Below the pieces are notes generated by a model. It was not told the origin of the DNA. It ran no database searches and was given only the letters and a program-made list of their open reading frames with translations. The position numbers and the translations under genes are program-made. Shown here piece by piece: positions 30,044-39,341 of a stretch of 64,000 nt of DNA. Every line of letters begins with the position of its first letter. Position 1 is the first letter of the stretch. Source of the DNA: Eubacteriales bacterium (lineage in GTDB: Bacteria; Bacillota; Clostridia; Oscillospirales; CAG-382); NCBI GenBank assembly GCA_045580005.1, contig JAZNMZ010000012.1, positions 6,037 to 70,036 on the forward strand, given 5' to 3'.

Positions 30044-31162
30044 TCAAAAATCGGCTTCAAATTTTTCAAAAATCTTTTGTGCGCGCAGCGCGTGCGACAA
30101 ACTGTCTGCAACCTTTTTATCATACTTTTTGACATCCGATATTTTTGAAAGTATCGGGAATGCCGTTTCTTTGCACATCTTCATAATCCCGTTGCCCTCT
30201 TGGTTTGCGGCAAGTAGCCTTGTATAGCGCACTCCGTCCGAAAGGTGCTTGCGCTCGGTTTTGCAAAGCGTGTAGATAAGTATTCTTCTCAGCTTTGCGT
30301 CGGTGATGTGCTTGCTCTTTGCCTTTTCAAAAAAGTCATCATAGCTTTTTGACATGACTGCACACTTTATGAGTCTGTGCAAAAAGCCTCTGTCGGTTTC
30401 TGCAATATCGCAGCCTGTATCAAGAAGAAACAGCTGTGTGCACAGGGCACTGTAGAATTTTTCGTAATCAAGCTTTTTAAAGCACGCATTCGCCACATCG
30501 TCAGGACAAAATTTTTTGAGATTTTCCCTGCTCATATTTTCTCTCAGGTATGTTGCCGAGCAGTAGTCCCCGACAACTGTCTTCTCGTCGTGTCCTGCAC
30601 CTACACGCAGAACAGGCAATATTTTCATATCTGTTCCCAAAAAAAGAATTGCCTTGGTATACTCAATGCCGAGTATATTATTAGGTTTCCTCAAAAAGCA
30701 CGCATATTTCTCGCCGTATTTTTCCTTTATATAAATATCTCTTGCCTGAGCGTAGCCGATAGTTTTATCGGCTTTTATTATTCTTTTTATTTGGTCTGAG
30801 GTGTCTTTGTGCAGGAGAATCTCTGCAAGAGAAAAGAACATTTTCTCATCGTCGTCCTCAGCGCCAAAGCAGACTGTGTCAACCGTCGGCACCTGCGAGA
30901 GTATCTTTATTGCAGAGCGTGCAAAAAGCTCTGCCCCTGCACATGAGAAAGGATAAGGATTTTCAAGCACAAGGTCGGCTCCGCCGGATATTGCCAAGCG
31001 TGCGCGCTCCGCGGGCGTGGCTTGCGCAGGTTCACCTCGCTGTACAAAGTCACCGCTCATCACGCATACAACAGGTGCGCCTGTGAGCTCCTTCGCTCTT
31101 TGGATCTGATATTTATGCCCGTTGTGAAAGGGATTGTACTCACACACAATTCCGACAGCCAT
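30044..31162 (-). CDS. tmcAL: tRNA(Met) cytidine acetate ligase (YlbM, HIGH-type nucleotidyltransferase)
   Basis: EYNPFHNGH, MSGDFVQRGEPA, PNNILGIEY, SATYLR. Confidence 0.9.
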   Translation of the reverse strand: MAVGIVCEYNPFHNGHKYQIQRAKELTGAPVVCVMSGDFVQRGEPAQATPAERARLAISGGADLVLENPYPFSCAGAELFARSAIKILSQVPTVDTVCFGAEDDDEKMFFSLAEILLHKDTSDQIKRIIKADKTIGYAQARDIYIKEKYGEKYACFLRKPNNILGIEYTKAILFLGTDMKILPVLRVGAGHDEKTVVGDYCSATYLRENMSRENLKKFCPDDVANACFKKLDYEKFYSALCTQLFLLDTGCDIAETDRGFLHRLIKCAVMSKSYDDFFEKAKSKHITDAKLRRILIYTLCKTERKHLSDGVRYTRLLAANQEGNGIMKMCKETAFPILSKISDVKKYDKKVADSLSHALRAQKIFEKFEADF

Positions 31163-31177
31163 ATTTCCTCCGAATTT

Positions 31178-31828
31178 TTAGTAATATCTGTTAAAGAACT
31201 CGTCCTCGCCTATATCGGCATAGTCTCTTGGCAGCTCCAGCCAACCGTCGGGGATCTCTTTTGTAAAGCTTGCGACATCCCGTTCCAGAGAGGATACAAC
31301 CTCTCCGTCGCGCATTTCATAATCAAGGATGGCAAAAAGATTTCCGTTTTGATCAAGATAGAGCCTTGTGAAGCACTCTCCACCGTCGTAGGTCGGGCAG
31401 ATGTATTCGTCGTAGTCAAGAGCTTTGCCCACATTTGTCGTGTCTCTGCCGCTGCCTTTATACTTTGCTCCCGAATAGTCAACAGCGTTTGTAAGTCCTG
31501 CTCCCACGCCCCTGTCTGCCTCAAAATACACCTTGTCAGCGTCGTTTATAAAATATGTTCTTCCCTCTTTGGTGAGAGTTCTTATATGAGAAAGGTCCAT
31601 ACTCAGAGTTGAGGATACTCCTGCCATAGTTCCGCCCTTTTGCGCAAGGGTGTTGTAATATACCTCGCCGCCATAGATAAACGAAACATCGAGAAAATAT
31701 TCCTCAGACGCGAGCATTTCCATATATATTGCGCTCGCGGGTTCTCGGTCAACAGACGGTATTGTCACGCATGAGAAAAGTGAAAGCGAGAGGAGTAAAA
31801 TAAATGAAAAAATTATAGCTTTTTTCAT
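31178..31828 (-). CDS. Hypothetical lipoprotein
   Basis: MKK, hydrophobic core, LFSC lipobox; ATGA overlap with cca. Confidence 0.75.
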   Translation of the reverse strand: MKKAIIFSFILLLSLSLFSCVTIPSVDREPASAIYMEMLASEEYFLDVSFIYGGEVYYNTLAQKGGTMAGVSSTLSMDLSHIRTLTKEGRTYFINDADKVYFEADRGVGAGLTNAVDYSGAKYKGSGRDTTNVGKALDYDEYICPTYDGGECFTRLYLDQNGNLFAILDYEMRDGEVVSSLERDVASFTKEIPDGWLELPRDYADIGEDEFFNRYY

Positions 31829-33000
31829 AACAGTTCCTTTTCTTTGATATTTTTTGCCGTCTTTTCAAGAGCTGTGCGGCTGTTTTCTATCTCACCGAGA
31901 AAGGTAAGGACAAATAGCTTTTCAAAAACCTCTCCTATCCTCTTGCCCCGAAATCCAATTTGCTCAAGCTCGTTGCCATCAATGTCAAGGTCTTTTATGC
32001 AACCGGGTCTTTTTTCGGCGTCAAAATCTATTTCAAACGCACTTAGAAATTCATAAAACAGCTCGCCGTATTTTAAAACATAAAGTGCTGTTTTTTCGTT
32101 TAAAAGCTCCTTTTGTGAAAAATCAAAGCTGTCGTATATTTCCTTGAGCCTTATGAGCCTTATTCTCTCAAGGTTTTTGAGCTTGAGTTTGTCTGCAAGC
32201 TCCTTCACACAGGCTATCGGGGTGTCCTTTGTAAGATAAAAAAGCCTCAGCGCAAAATCACGCGGCAGGCTGTCTATCCCTCCACATGGCATACATCTGC
32301 ACAGTATATGCGAGAAGACCTCTTCATACTCGCGCAGAACTTCATAAGGTTTTTCGCACAGCAGTATTCCGTGAAGCTCATCGTTCTTGCGCTCACCCGA
32401 CACATAACCGAGAAGATGCTTGTTTTTGAATATCGCTTTTTTGGTGTTTTCCTCAACACCAAATCCGAGCTTTGCGGAGAATCTGAGCGCACGGAGTATC
32501 CTCAGCGCGTCCTCGCAAAAGCGCTCGTCGGGATTGCCGACGCAGCGGATAAGCTTGTTATTTATATCCTCTCTCCCGCCAAACAGGTCGTACAGCCTGC
32601 CATCATAGGAAATTGCCATTGCGTTGATGGTAAAATCCCGTCGGGAAAGGTCCTTTTCGATACTGTCTTCAAAAACTACATTCTTCGGGTGCCTATGGTC
32701 ATAATATCCCCACTCGCTCCGATAAGGGGTTATTTCAAGCTCAAATCCGTCTATTCTGACTCCTATGGTACCGCAGTTGCCGCCCTTATCATAGGCATAA
32801 AAGCCGCTGTCGGCGAGAATTTCTATTATTTTGGCACTCGGTGCGTTGGTCGTCAGGTCGGTATCGTGTGCCTGCCGTCCCATAAAATAATCTCTGACGC
32901 AGCCGCCAACAAGACATATTTCATAACCATGCGAGGAAATTGCGGCACAGATTGCTGCCGCCTCGTGCGGAAAGCAAAAGTTTATTTTTTCTTCTGTCAC
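31825..33000 (-). CDS. cca: CCA tRNA nucleotidyltransferase
   Basis: VGGCVRD, DTD, RRDFTINAMA, EDALRILRALRF; GTG start after GGAGG. Confidence 0.92.
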   Translation of the reverse strand: MTEEKINFCFPHEAAAICAAISSHGYEICLVGGCVRDYFMGRQAHDTDLTTNAPSAKIIEILADSGFYAYDKGGNCGTIGVRIDGFELEITPYRSEWGYYDHRHPKNVVFEDSIEKDLSRRDFTINAMAISYDGRLYDLFGGREDINNKLIRCVGNPDERFCEDALRILRALRFSAKLGFGVEENTKKAIFKNKHLLGYVSGERKNDELHGILLCEKPYEVLREYEEVFSHILCRCMPCGGIDSLPRDFALRLFYLTKDTPIACVKELADKLKLKNLERIRLIRLKEIYDSFDFSQKELLNEKTALYVLKYGELFYEFLSAFEIDFDAEKRPGCIKDLDIDGNELEQIGFRGKRIGEVFEKLFVLTFLGEIENSRTALEKTAKNIKEKELL

Positions 33001-33020
33001 GCTTATTTCCTCCTTTTTTG

Positions 33021-33653
33021 TTATTTCGTCAAAAGCGCAAGCCATTTATCGCAATATGACTTTATGTCAAATTCGTCAACAGAGCTTGTCGACTTTAAAT
33101 AGAGCGGATGATGCGGATGTCCTTTTTTGGAAATAGCGCCGCTTGTAAACCAGCGTGCCCCGTACTGCTCCGAGATGTGTATCATATCAAGTATACAGCT
33201 GTAAAGGTAATCTCTTTTTTCAACAATAGCGCCCCATGCCGCCCAGATATGAGGTGTGTGTGCGCAGTTTTGGAGTATGTATTCGAACGCTTTCATATTC
33301 TCGGTGTGGAGAGATCGGTTGAGTTCTTTTTCCATCTGGTCGGGATTTGTGGCACGCTGAGCGTAGATATTGAACATAATAAAACTGTCGTAGCCGTTGT
33401 AGCTTGCTATTCTCTGCACCGATTTGAGAGTGTTGTCAAGGTCATCGGGTGCTGCGGTCGACGGGTTTATCCCTATACAGATAAGAGGCTTTTCTCCCCT
33501 TGTGCCGAGAATATACCTATACTCGCCATACACGGGCGGAACATACAGCCACTTATTTATATCGTATCCGCTTTGCTCTGTGAGCGCGTCAGAAAGAGCG
33601 TCATCAAAGCTTACAATCTCAAGCTGAGAAGTCGGAACCTCCGGAATATGCAT
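33021..33653 (-). CDS. DUF1643 domain protein
   Basis: YRY, IGINPSTA..DNT, NIYAQRATNP, AAWG, GHPHHPLY. Confidence 0.85.
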   Translation of the reverse strand: MHIPEVPTSQLEIVSFDDALSDALTEQSGYDINKWLYVPPVYGEYRYILGTRGEKPLICIGINPSTAAPDDLDNTLKSVQRIASYNGYDSFIMFNIYAQRATNPDQMEKELNRSLHTENMKAFEYILQNCAHTPHIWAAWGAIVEKRDYLYSCILDMIHISEQYGARWFTSGAISKKGHPHHPLYLKSTSSVDEFDIKSYCDKWLALLTK

Positions 33654-33671
33654 TGTAGCTCCTCCTCAAAA

Positions 33672-34490
33672 TTATAATTTTACGCCGCAGGGCTTTCTTT
33701 TTTTGTAATAATAATACTCTGTAAATCCTGCGCTCCTCAGAATTTCCGCAGCCTTGTCAAAGCCACATCCTATATAGTCGGGAGTGTGACTGTCAGAGCC
33801 GATTGTCACAAGTCTGCCGCCCATGTCGTAATACTTTTTGAGGTGTTTGTCAAACGGGAGGGTTCTGCCCCATGTTGAGTTGAGTCCCGAGATATTAAGC
33901 TCGAGAGCCTTTTCCCTTTTTGTGAGGCTATAGAACATCTCCTCATAGTCACTGTCATACTGCGACTCATCAAACTTTATTCGATATTTTCCCTCGATAT
34001 AGCGCATAGGGCAATTAATGTGTGCAAAGCTGTCAAAGTCGGCATTTTTCACTTCATCTTTTACTTTAATTACAAAGCTGTCAAAGAATGCTTTGAGATC
34101 TTCCTGCGAATATCGTGAGAAATCGGTGCCAGAAAAGTATTCAAAAACCTTTTTTCCGTCTTCCGTCACAAAATCCGCAATATGATATGAGCACAATACA
34201 AAATCAAAGTCAAAAAGACCAATAGTCTGTTTTGCTTTATCATAATCGTAGTAAGGCTCTCCAAGCTCCATCCCGAGCAAGATCTCGAGTCTGTCGCCGA
34301 ATTTTTCACGCACGCGAACAACACCCTGTGCAGAGGCATAGATGTTGTCTGTGCTTCCGGGGATTTCGATATGGTCGGTAATTGCAACCCCTCTGATACC
34401 TCTTGCTATTGCGGTTTCGCAAAGAAGCTCTGCCGTCATTTTACTGTCGGGGGACGCGTTTGTATGTGAATGTGAGTCATATATTTCCAT
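33672..34490 (-). CDS. PHP-family histidinol-phosphatase (HisJ/HisK-like)
   Basis: DSHSHT, AITDH, GMELG, AH, ELN, TIGSDSH. Confidence 0.88.
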   Translation of the reverse strand: MEIYDSHSHTNASPDSKMTAELLCETAIARGIRGVAITDHIEIPGSTDNIYASAQGVVRVREKFGDRLEILLGMELGEPYYDYDKAKQTIGLFDFDFVLCSYHIADFVTEDGKKVFEYFSGTDFSRYSQEDLKAFFDSFVIKVKDEVKNADFDSFAHINCPMRYIEGKYRIKFDESQYDSDYEEMFYSLTKREKALELNISGLNSTWGRTLPFDKHLKKYYDMGGRLVTIGSDSHTPDYIGCGFDKAAEILRSAGFTEYYYYKKRKPCGVKL

Positions 34491-34502
34491 TTTATCCCTC
34501 TG

Positions 34503-35372
34503 TCATTTCTTTTTCCTTGAGTTTTTTTGCTGCGACTTTTCATTTAGCTTATCCTTGCGGTAGTCACCGGGAGTCTTTCCGAATGCTCGCTTGAACTCAC
34601 GCAGAAAGTTTGAAAGTGAGTTGAATCCGCAGGCAAAGCATATCTCGGTAACTGACAGCTTGCTTGATTTTAGCAGCTTTTTGGAATACGAGAGCTTGAG
34701 TTCGGACAGATACTGCTTGTAGGTTTTGCCGATCCTTTGATGAAAAAGATTTGAAAAATACGATGAATTGAGATTTGCGACCCCTGCCACCATCTCCATT
34801 GTAGGATTTTCCCTAAAATGGCCGTGCATATAAAGAATTGCCTTTTGTATATTCGAGTCGCCCTCATCGTGTGCTGCTTCAATCTCGCCGTCATACTTAC
34901 GCATTATCATAATAAAGATGCACTCGAGAAGTGAATGAATGTATGTATTGGAGTACTTCTTGCCACCCTCAAACTCCTTTACCGTCTGCGAGAGAAGAAA
35001 GCTTGTGCTCTCAAACTCCTCGGGCGAAAGGCTGAGAATAATATTCTCGTTAATGCTGAGAATACTTTTTACAAACTCATCGCTGATAATATTCTCGGTG
35101 AACATAAGGTTATAGGCAACAGTCGGCTCAAGCACCTCTATCTCGTGGAAATCTGTGGGGTTCAGCAAATATATATCGCCCCTGCCCAGCTCATAAACCT
35201 CACCGTTTAAGGTCTGGCGTATTCTTCCCTCGAGTATGAGCTCAATTTCAAAGCAGTCGTGCCAGTGCAGAGGATAGCTCTTGAGCTTTTTTCTCCTGAT
35301 GAGAAGATCCTCGCGGCTGTGCTTCATATCGCGCACGGTAAACCTTGTGCATTCAAAATCTGTGTATGGCAT
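34503..35372 (-). CDS. AraC family transcriptional regulator
   Basis: Cupin HWHDCFE and C-terminal double HTH (CGFNSLSNF..TPGDYR). Confidence 0.95.
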   Translation of the reverse strand: MPYTDFECTRFTVRDMKHSREDLLIRRKKLKSYPLHWHDCFEIELILEGRIRQTLNGEVYELGRGDIYLLNPTDFHEIEVLEPTVAYNLMFTENIISDEFVKSILSINENIILSLSPEEFESTSFLLSQTVKEFEGGKKYSNTYIHSLLECIFIMIMRKYDGEIEAAHDEGDSNIQKAILYMHGHFRENPTMEMVAGVANLNSSYFSNLFHQRIGKTYKQYLSELKLSYSKKLLKSSKLSVTEICFACGFNSLSNFLREFKRAFGKTPGDYRKDKLNEKSQQKNSRKKK

Positions 35373-35425
35373 ATTCTGTCCCCAAAACTATCAAAATTAT
35401 TGATTGATTTTTATCTGACAGAATA

Positions 35426-35454
35426 ATTATAGATTATTTTTCTTTTTTTGTCAA
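35426..35454 (-). promoter_or_regulatory. Consensus sigmaA promoter of araC operon
   Basis: TTGACA-17-TATAAT on the minus strand. Confidence 0.82.
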
Positions 35455-35557
35455 CAAAAAAACAAAATTACGCAACACATACACAAATTTTTCGATAGCA
35501 GTATATTAAACGATAGGTTTATAATTAGCTTGTAAGAAAACAAGAGGAGGAAATGTT

Positions 35558-36205
35558 ATGAAAATATTTATTGATACAGCCAATGTTGAAGAAATAAGAG
35601 CTGCAGCGCGTATGGGCGTTATCTGCGGAGTTACGACAAATCCGTCGCTTATCGCAAAAGAGGGCCGCGACTTTGTTGAGGTTATAAAGGAAATTACAAC
35701 TATTGTAAACGGTCCGATAAGCGCTGAGGTAATAAGCCTTGATGCAGAGGGCATGGTAAGAGAGGCTCACGAGCTTGTTGAAAAAATCAACTGCAAAAAC
35801 CTTGTTATTAAAATTCCCATGACTCCCGAGGGGCTTGCCGCAGTAAGAGTTCTTTCCTCCGAGGGAATACACACAAATGTCACTCTCATATTTTCTGCCG
35901 CTCAGGCACTTCTTGCCTCAAGGGCCGGTGCGACATTTGTTTCGCCGTTTGTAGGCAGACTTGACGACATCGGTGACACAGGTATAAGCCTTATCGAAGA
36001 AATCTCAGAGATATTTGCTATACACGAAATAAAAACAGAAATTATTGCCGCAAGTATCCGCAATCCCATCCACGCAATCGATGCAGCAAAGGCAGGCGCC
36101 GACATTGCAACAATCCCATACAAGGTTATCATGCAGATGACAGGTCATCCTCTCACAGATCTTGGTATCAAAAAGTTTTTGCAGGACTGGGAGGGCGTAA
36201 AATAA
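35558..36205 (+). CDS. fsa: Transaldolase / fructose-6-phosphate aldolase family
   Basis: [41 protein letters not shown]. Confidence 0.93.
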   Translation: MKIFIDTANVEEIRAAARMGVICGVTTNPSLIAKEGRDFVEVIKEITTIVNGPISAEVISLDAEGMVREAHELVEKINCKNLVIKIPMTPEGLAAVRVLSSEGIHTNVTLIFSAAQALLASRAGATFVSPFVGRLDDIGDTGISLIEEISEIFAIHEIKTEIIAASIRNPIHAIDAAKAGADIATIPYKVIMQMTGHPLTDLGIKKFLQDWEGVK

Positions 36206-36261
36206 AACACGCCTCTTGAAATATTTTCGTTTTTGCTGTAAAATATAAACGAAGTTTTTCG

Positions 36262-36298
36262 GTCTGCCGACAGATTTCCTGTCGGCAGACATTTTTTT
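36262..36298 (+). terminator. Strong terminator hairpin after fsa
   Basis: GTCTGCCGACAG-atttc-CTGTCGGCAGAC followed by T-run. Confidence 0.85.
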
Positions 36299-36313
36299 GA
36301 AAAGAGAGTTTTT

Positions 36314-37228
36314 ATGAGTAATATAGCAAAAATCGGCATGAGTCAGACCGAAATCCGACACTGCAACAGTAAAATAATGGAGCTTATGAGCCTTTATCTC
36401 AATATGCTTCCAGACGCACTGAGTCCCGATATTATAAAAGAGCTGTCGAAAAGCTGTAATATTCCGACGAGCCTTGCCTATGCACAGGCTTTTGCCGCAG
36501 TATGCGAGCTTGATGTCGACCGACACGACAAGGGCATATTTCATAACTATATCGTGCATATGTTCCGAGAACTTGACGCGAGCGAATTTGAAAACGACCC
36601 ATACTACAGGAATATAAGAATTCCAAACGGCAAAACAGGCTTCTGGGAGCTGAAAACAAAAATTATCAAGCCCTGCGAAGCGTTTGTCTGCGGAGATATC
36701 AGAGTATTTGCTGATGGGCGTATGGTGCCGCAGATAGGCTTTTTTATGAAAGAATTTTCTTACCCTGCCATCCTTGAGCACGGTCGCGAATGGATGACTC
36801 TCATGCCAAATGAAACGGTAACGGTTCTGCCTGTCGCCAGGAAAGCGCACGGCAAGGTTTTGACCTATGGGTGTGGTCTTGGGTACTTCGCTTATCTTGC
36901 GTCAAATAACGCAGATGTAGACTCTGTGACGGTGGTTGAGCTGAGCGAGTCTGCAGCAGAGCTCTTCCGCACGCACATACTCCCTCAGTTTCCGAATAAG
37001 GAAAAGGTGAATGTAGTGCTCTGCGATGCGTTTGAATATGCCGAGAAGTATTTTGCAAAAGAAAAATACGACTTTGTCTTTGCAGACATCTGGCACGATG
37101 TGACAGATGGCAAGGATATGATGCTAAAACTGAAAGAGTACGAAAAGAAAAGTCCCGATACCGAGTATTTCTACTGGATCGAGGACACAATAAACTGCTA
37201 TCTTGACAAAAAATTATGGGAGCTGTAA
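36314..37228 (+). CDS. Class I SAM-dependent methyltransferase-like (spermidine-synthase-like) protein
   Basis: VLTYGCGLGY, VVE, DAFEY, YDFVFADIW. Confidence 0.75.
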   Translation: MSNIAKIGMSQTEIRHCNSKIMELMSLYLNMLPDALSPDIIKELSKSCNIPTSLAYAQAFAAVCELDVDRHDKGIFHNYIVHMFRELDASEFENDPYYRNIRIPNGKTGFWELKTKIIKPCEAFVCGDIRVFADGRMVPQIGFFMKEFSYPAILEHGREWMTLMPNETVTVLPVARKAHGKVLTYGCGLGYFAYLASNNADVDSVTVVELSESAAELFRTHILPQFPNKEKVNVVLCDAFEYAEKYFAKEKYDFVFADIWHDVTDGKDMMLKLKEYEKKSPDTEYFYWIEDTINCYLDKKLWEL

Positions 37229-37243
37229 AGCTCCCTTTTTTGC

Positions 37244-38038
37244 TCAGAACAATAATTTTTCTATCGCCTTGCCGACTCCGCCGTCAAGCTCGCTTGCCGT
37301 CACAAATGTGCACATTTTCTTTATGCTGTCGGCGGCATTGTCTGTTGCAACCGAAATTGCCGCGTAAGAGAGCATCTCTGTATCGTTGATACTGTCGCCC
37401 ATAGCAATGCTGCGCTCGCGCGGAATGCCGACATAGTCGAGCACCCTCTTTATTCCGGTTGCTTTGGTACAGCCGTGCATTGCCGCCTCGCCGAAATGCT
37501 CCCTGCAATAAAGGTGAAGTCTTGAGTTAATCAAATCGTAGTACTCGCCCTCAAGCTCTCTGTCTATTGTAATCTTGGAAACAAAATCGTCGCCGAGCTT
37601 CTCGCAAAACTCGTCTGTCGAGCTTATATGTGTCCAGACAGGAGAAAGGTCGACTTTAGGGTCATAGGCAATTCTTGTCTTTATTCCCTGAAAGCGGCAG
37701 GGTTTTTTGTTCTCCAGAATAAAAGAAAGAATTTCTTCAAGGATTTCCTTTGATATCGGGCAGTTGAAGATAGTCCTGTCCCCTACAATAATGTTTGAGC
37801 CGTTGCCCGTTATCATTCCGTCAAAGGTAACATCCTCAAAGAGTGCCGGCGGCAAAAATGCATAGCCGCGTCCCGTGTTTATAAAAACCTTGTGCCCTGC
37901 GGCGCGTGCTTTGTTTATCATTTGAATATTGTATTCCGGGATTGTCTCGCGTTCTTTTTCGACAGGTCTGCCGTGCTTCATCAGTGTTCCGTCGATATCA
38001 AGGAAGATCGCGTGGGGTTTTGCTTTATCGGTAATCAT
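37244..38038 (-). CDS. Cof-type HAD hydrolase
   Basis: DIDGTL, NTGRG, TKATG, GDSINDTEM. Confidence 0.92.
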   Translation of the reverse strand: MITDKAKPHAIFLDIDGTLMKHGRPVEKERETIPEYNIQMINKARAAGHKVFINTGRGYAFLPPALFEDVTFDGMITGNGSNIIVGDRTIFNCPISKEILEEILSFILENKKPCRFQGIKTRIAYDPKVDLSPVWTHISSTDEFCEKLGDDFVSKITIDRELEGEYYDLINSRLHLYCREHFGEAAMHGCTKATGIKRVLDYVGIPRERSIAMGDSINDTEMLSYAAISVATDNAADSIKKMCTFVTASELDGGVGKAIEKLLF

Positions 38039-38048
38039 TTTGTTTTCC

Positions 38049-38630
38049 TCAGAGTTTAAATATTATGCCAAGTATAGCACCTATAGCCACGAACCATATC
38101 GGGTGGAGCTTGTTGAATTTTGCATATACGGCAGTAAGCAAAACGAATATCACCGCGGCAACATAGTTTAACGACAAAAACTCACCGTTCTGCCCAAGAT
38201 GTGCCACAGCTGCCACGAATACGCTTGTCATAGCTCCTGTAATAAGTCCGGAGACCGCAGGTCTTATACCGTAAAAGGCATTTTGAACATATATATTTGT
38301 CTTGAATTTTTCTAAAAAGCGGTAGATAACACAGATAACTATTATCGCAGGCACAATAATTCCAAGCGTTGCAATAGCTCCGCCGAGTATTCCCTGGCAG
38401 ATACCTCCCTGTTCGGCTCCTGCCCTATAGCCTGCGTAGGTTGCCATATTGACGCCGATAGGTCCGGGGGTAGACTCTGCAACAGCTATCATATCCGACA
38501 GCTGCTCAACTGTGAACCATGGGTACTTCTGCGCTATCGCCTTTAAAAATGGAATTGTAGCAAGGCCGCCTCCCACAGAGAAAAGTCCCACCTTGAAAAA
38601 TTCATAAAAAAGTGCAAGAAAGGTGCTCAT
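38049..38630 (-). CDS. Short-chain chromate transporter, second half
   Basis: SVGGGLATIP, ESTPGPIGVN. Confidence 0.92.
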   Translation of the reverse strand: MSTFLALFYEFFKVGLFSVGGGLATIPFLKAIAQKYPWFTVEQLSDMIAVAESTPGPIGVNMATYAGYRAGAEQGGICQGILGGAIATLGIIVPAIIVICVIYRFLEKFKTNIYVQNAFYGIRPAVSGLITGAMTSVFVAAVAHLGQNGEFLSLNYVAAVIFVLLTAVYAKFNKLHPIWFVAIGAILGIIFKL

Positions 38631-39193
38631 TTGTCGCTCTCCTTTCTGCTCTGTGCTTTTTTCGCCGACACAGCCTTTGCGATTACTCCCGCAGCTGCCG
38701 CAACAACAACTGCGATTATGGGAGACACATCAAAGAATACCGTCACCACAAAAGCGCCTACCGCAAGAAGAGCTGTGAAAATGTCCTTGACATTCTTGCG
38801 GAAAAGCTGATAAACAGTAACCGCCACAAGCGCGCATACCGCAACGCGGATACCCGACAAGGCATGCGCAACATAAGGATTTTCGGCAAAAGCACCGATA
38901 AATGCGGCGATAATTGTAATTATAACGATTGACGGAAAGACAACGCCGAGTGTTGCAGCTGCAGCACCTGCAGCGCCCTTTTTCTTACAGCCGACAAAGG
39001 AAGCGGTATTTACCGCAATAACGCCCGGCGTACACTGTGCAACCGCATAATAATCGAGTATGTCCTCCTCGGTGCACCAAGATTTCTTTTCGACAAGCTC
39101 CTTTTTAAACATCGGCATCATAGCGTATCCGCCGCCGAAGGTGAGCGCTCCTATTCTTGCAAAGGTAAGAAACAGGTCAAGATAAATGTTCAT
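38627..39193 (-). CDS. Short-chain chromate transporter, first half
   Basis: TFGGGYAMMP, AQCTPGVIAVN. Confidence 0.92.
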   Translation of the reverse strand: MNIYLDLFLTFARIGALTFGGGYAMMPMFKKELVEKKSWCTEEDILDYYAVAQCTPGVIAVNTASFVGCKKKGAAGAAAATLGVVFPSIVIITIIAAFIGAFAENPYVAHALSGIRVAVCALVAVTVYQLFRKNVKDIFTALLAVGAFVVTVFFDVSPIIAVVVAAAAGVIAKAVSAKKAQSRKESDK

Positions 39194-39226
39194 TTTTTAC
39201 CTCTTTTTCTAATATTTCCAAATAGA

Positions 39227-39310
39227 ATTTTACCACTTTTGCACAGTTAAGTCAATACGCTTTTTTGTCGCAAACAAATATTTGACTTTTTTTATTATTT
39301 CTGTTAAAAT
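39227..39310. promoter_or_regulatory. Divergent sigmaA promoters (chromate pair / pgm)
   Basis: TTGACT-17-TAAAAT on both strands (39255-39227 minus; 39282-39310 plus). Confidence 0.75.
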
Positions 39311-39341
39311 ATAATTAAATAAAAAGTGAAGGAGAATTCTC

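Noticed and set aside
39233-39249. CTGTGCAAAAG similar to the proposed carbohydrate motif
   Set aside because: Sits in the spacer of the chromate-transporter promoter and lacks the second half-site
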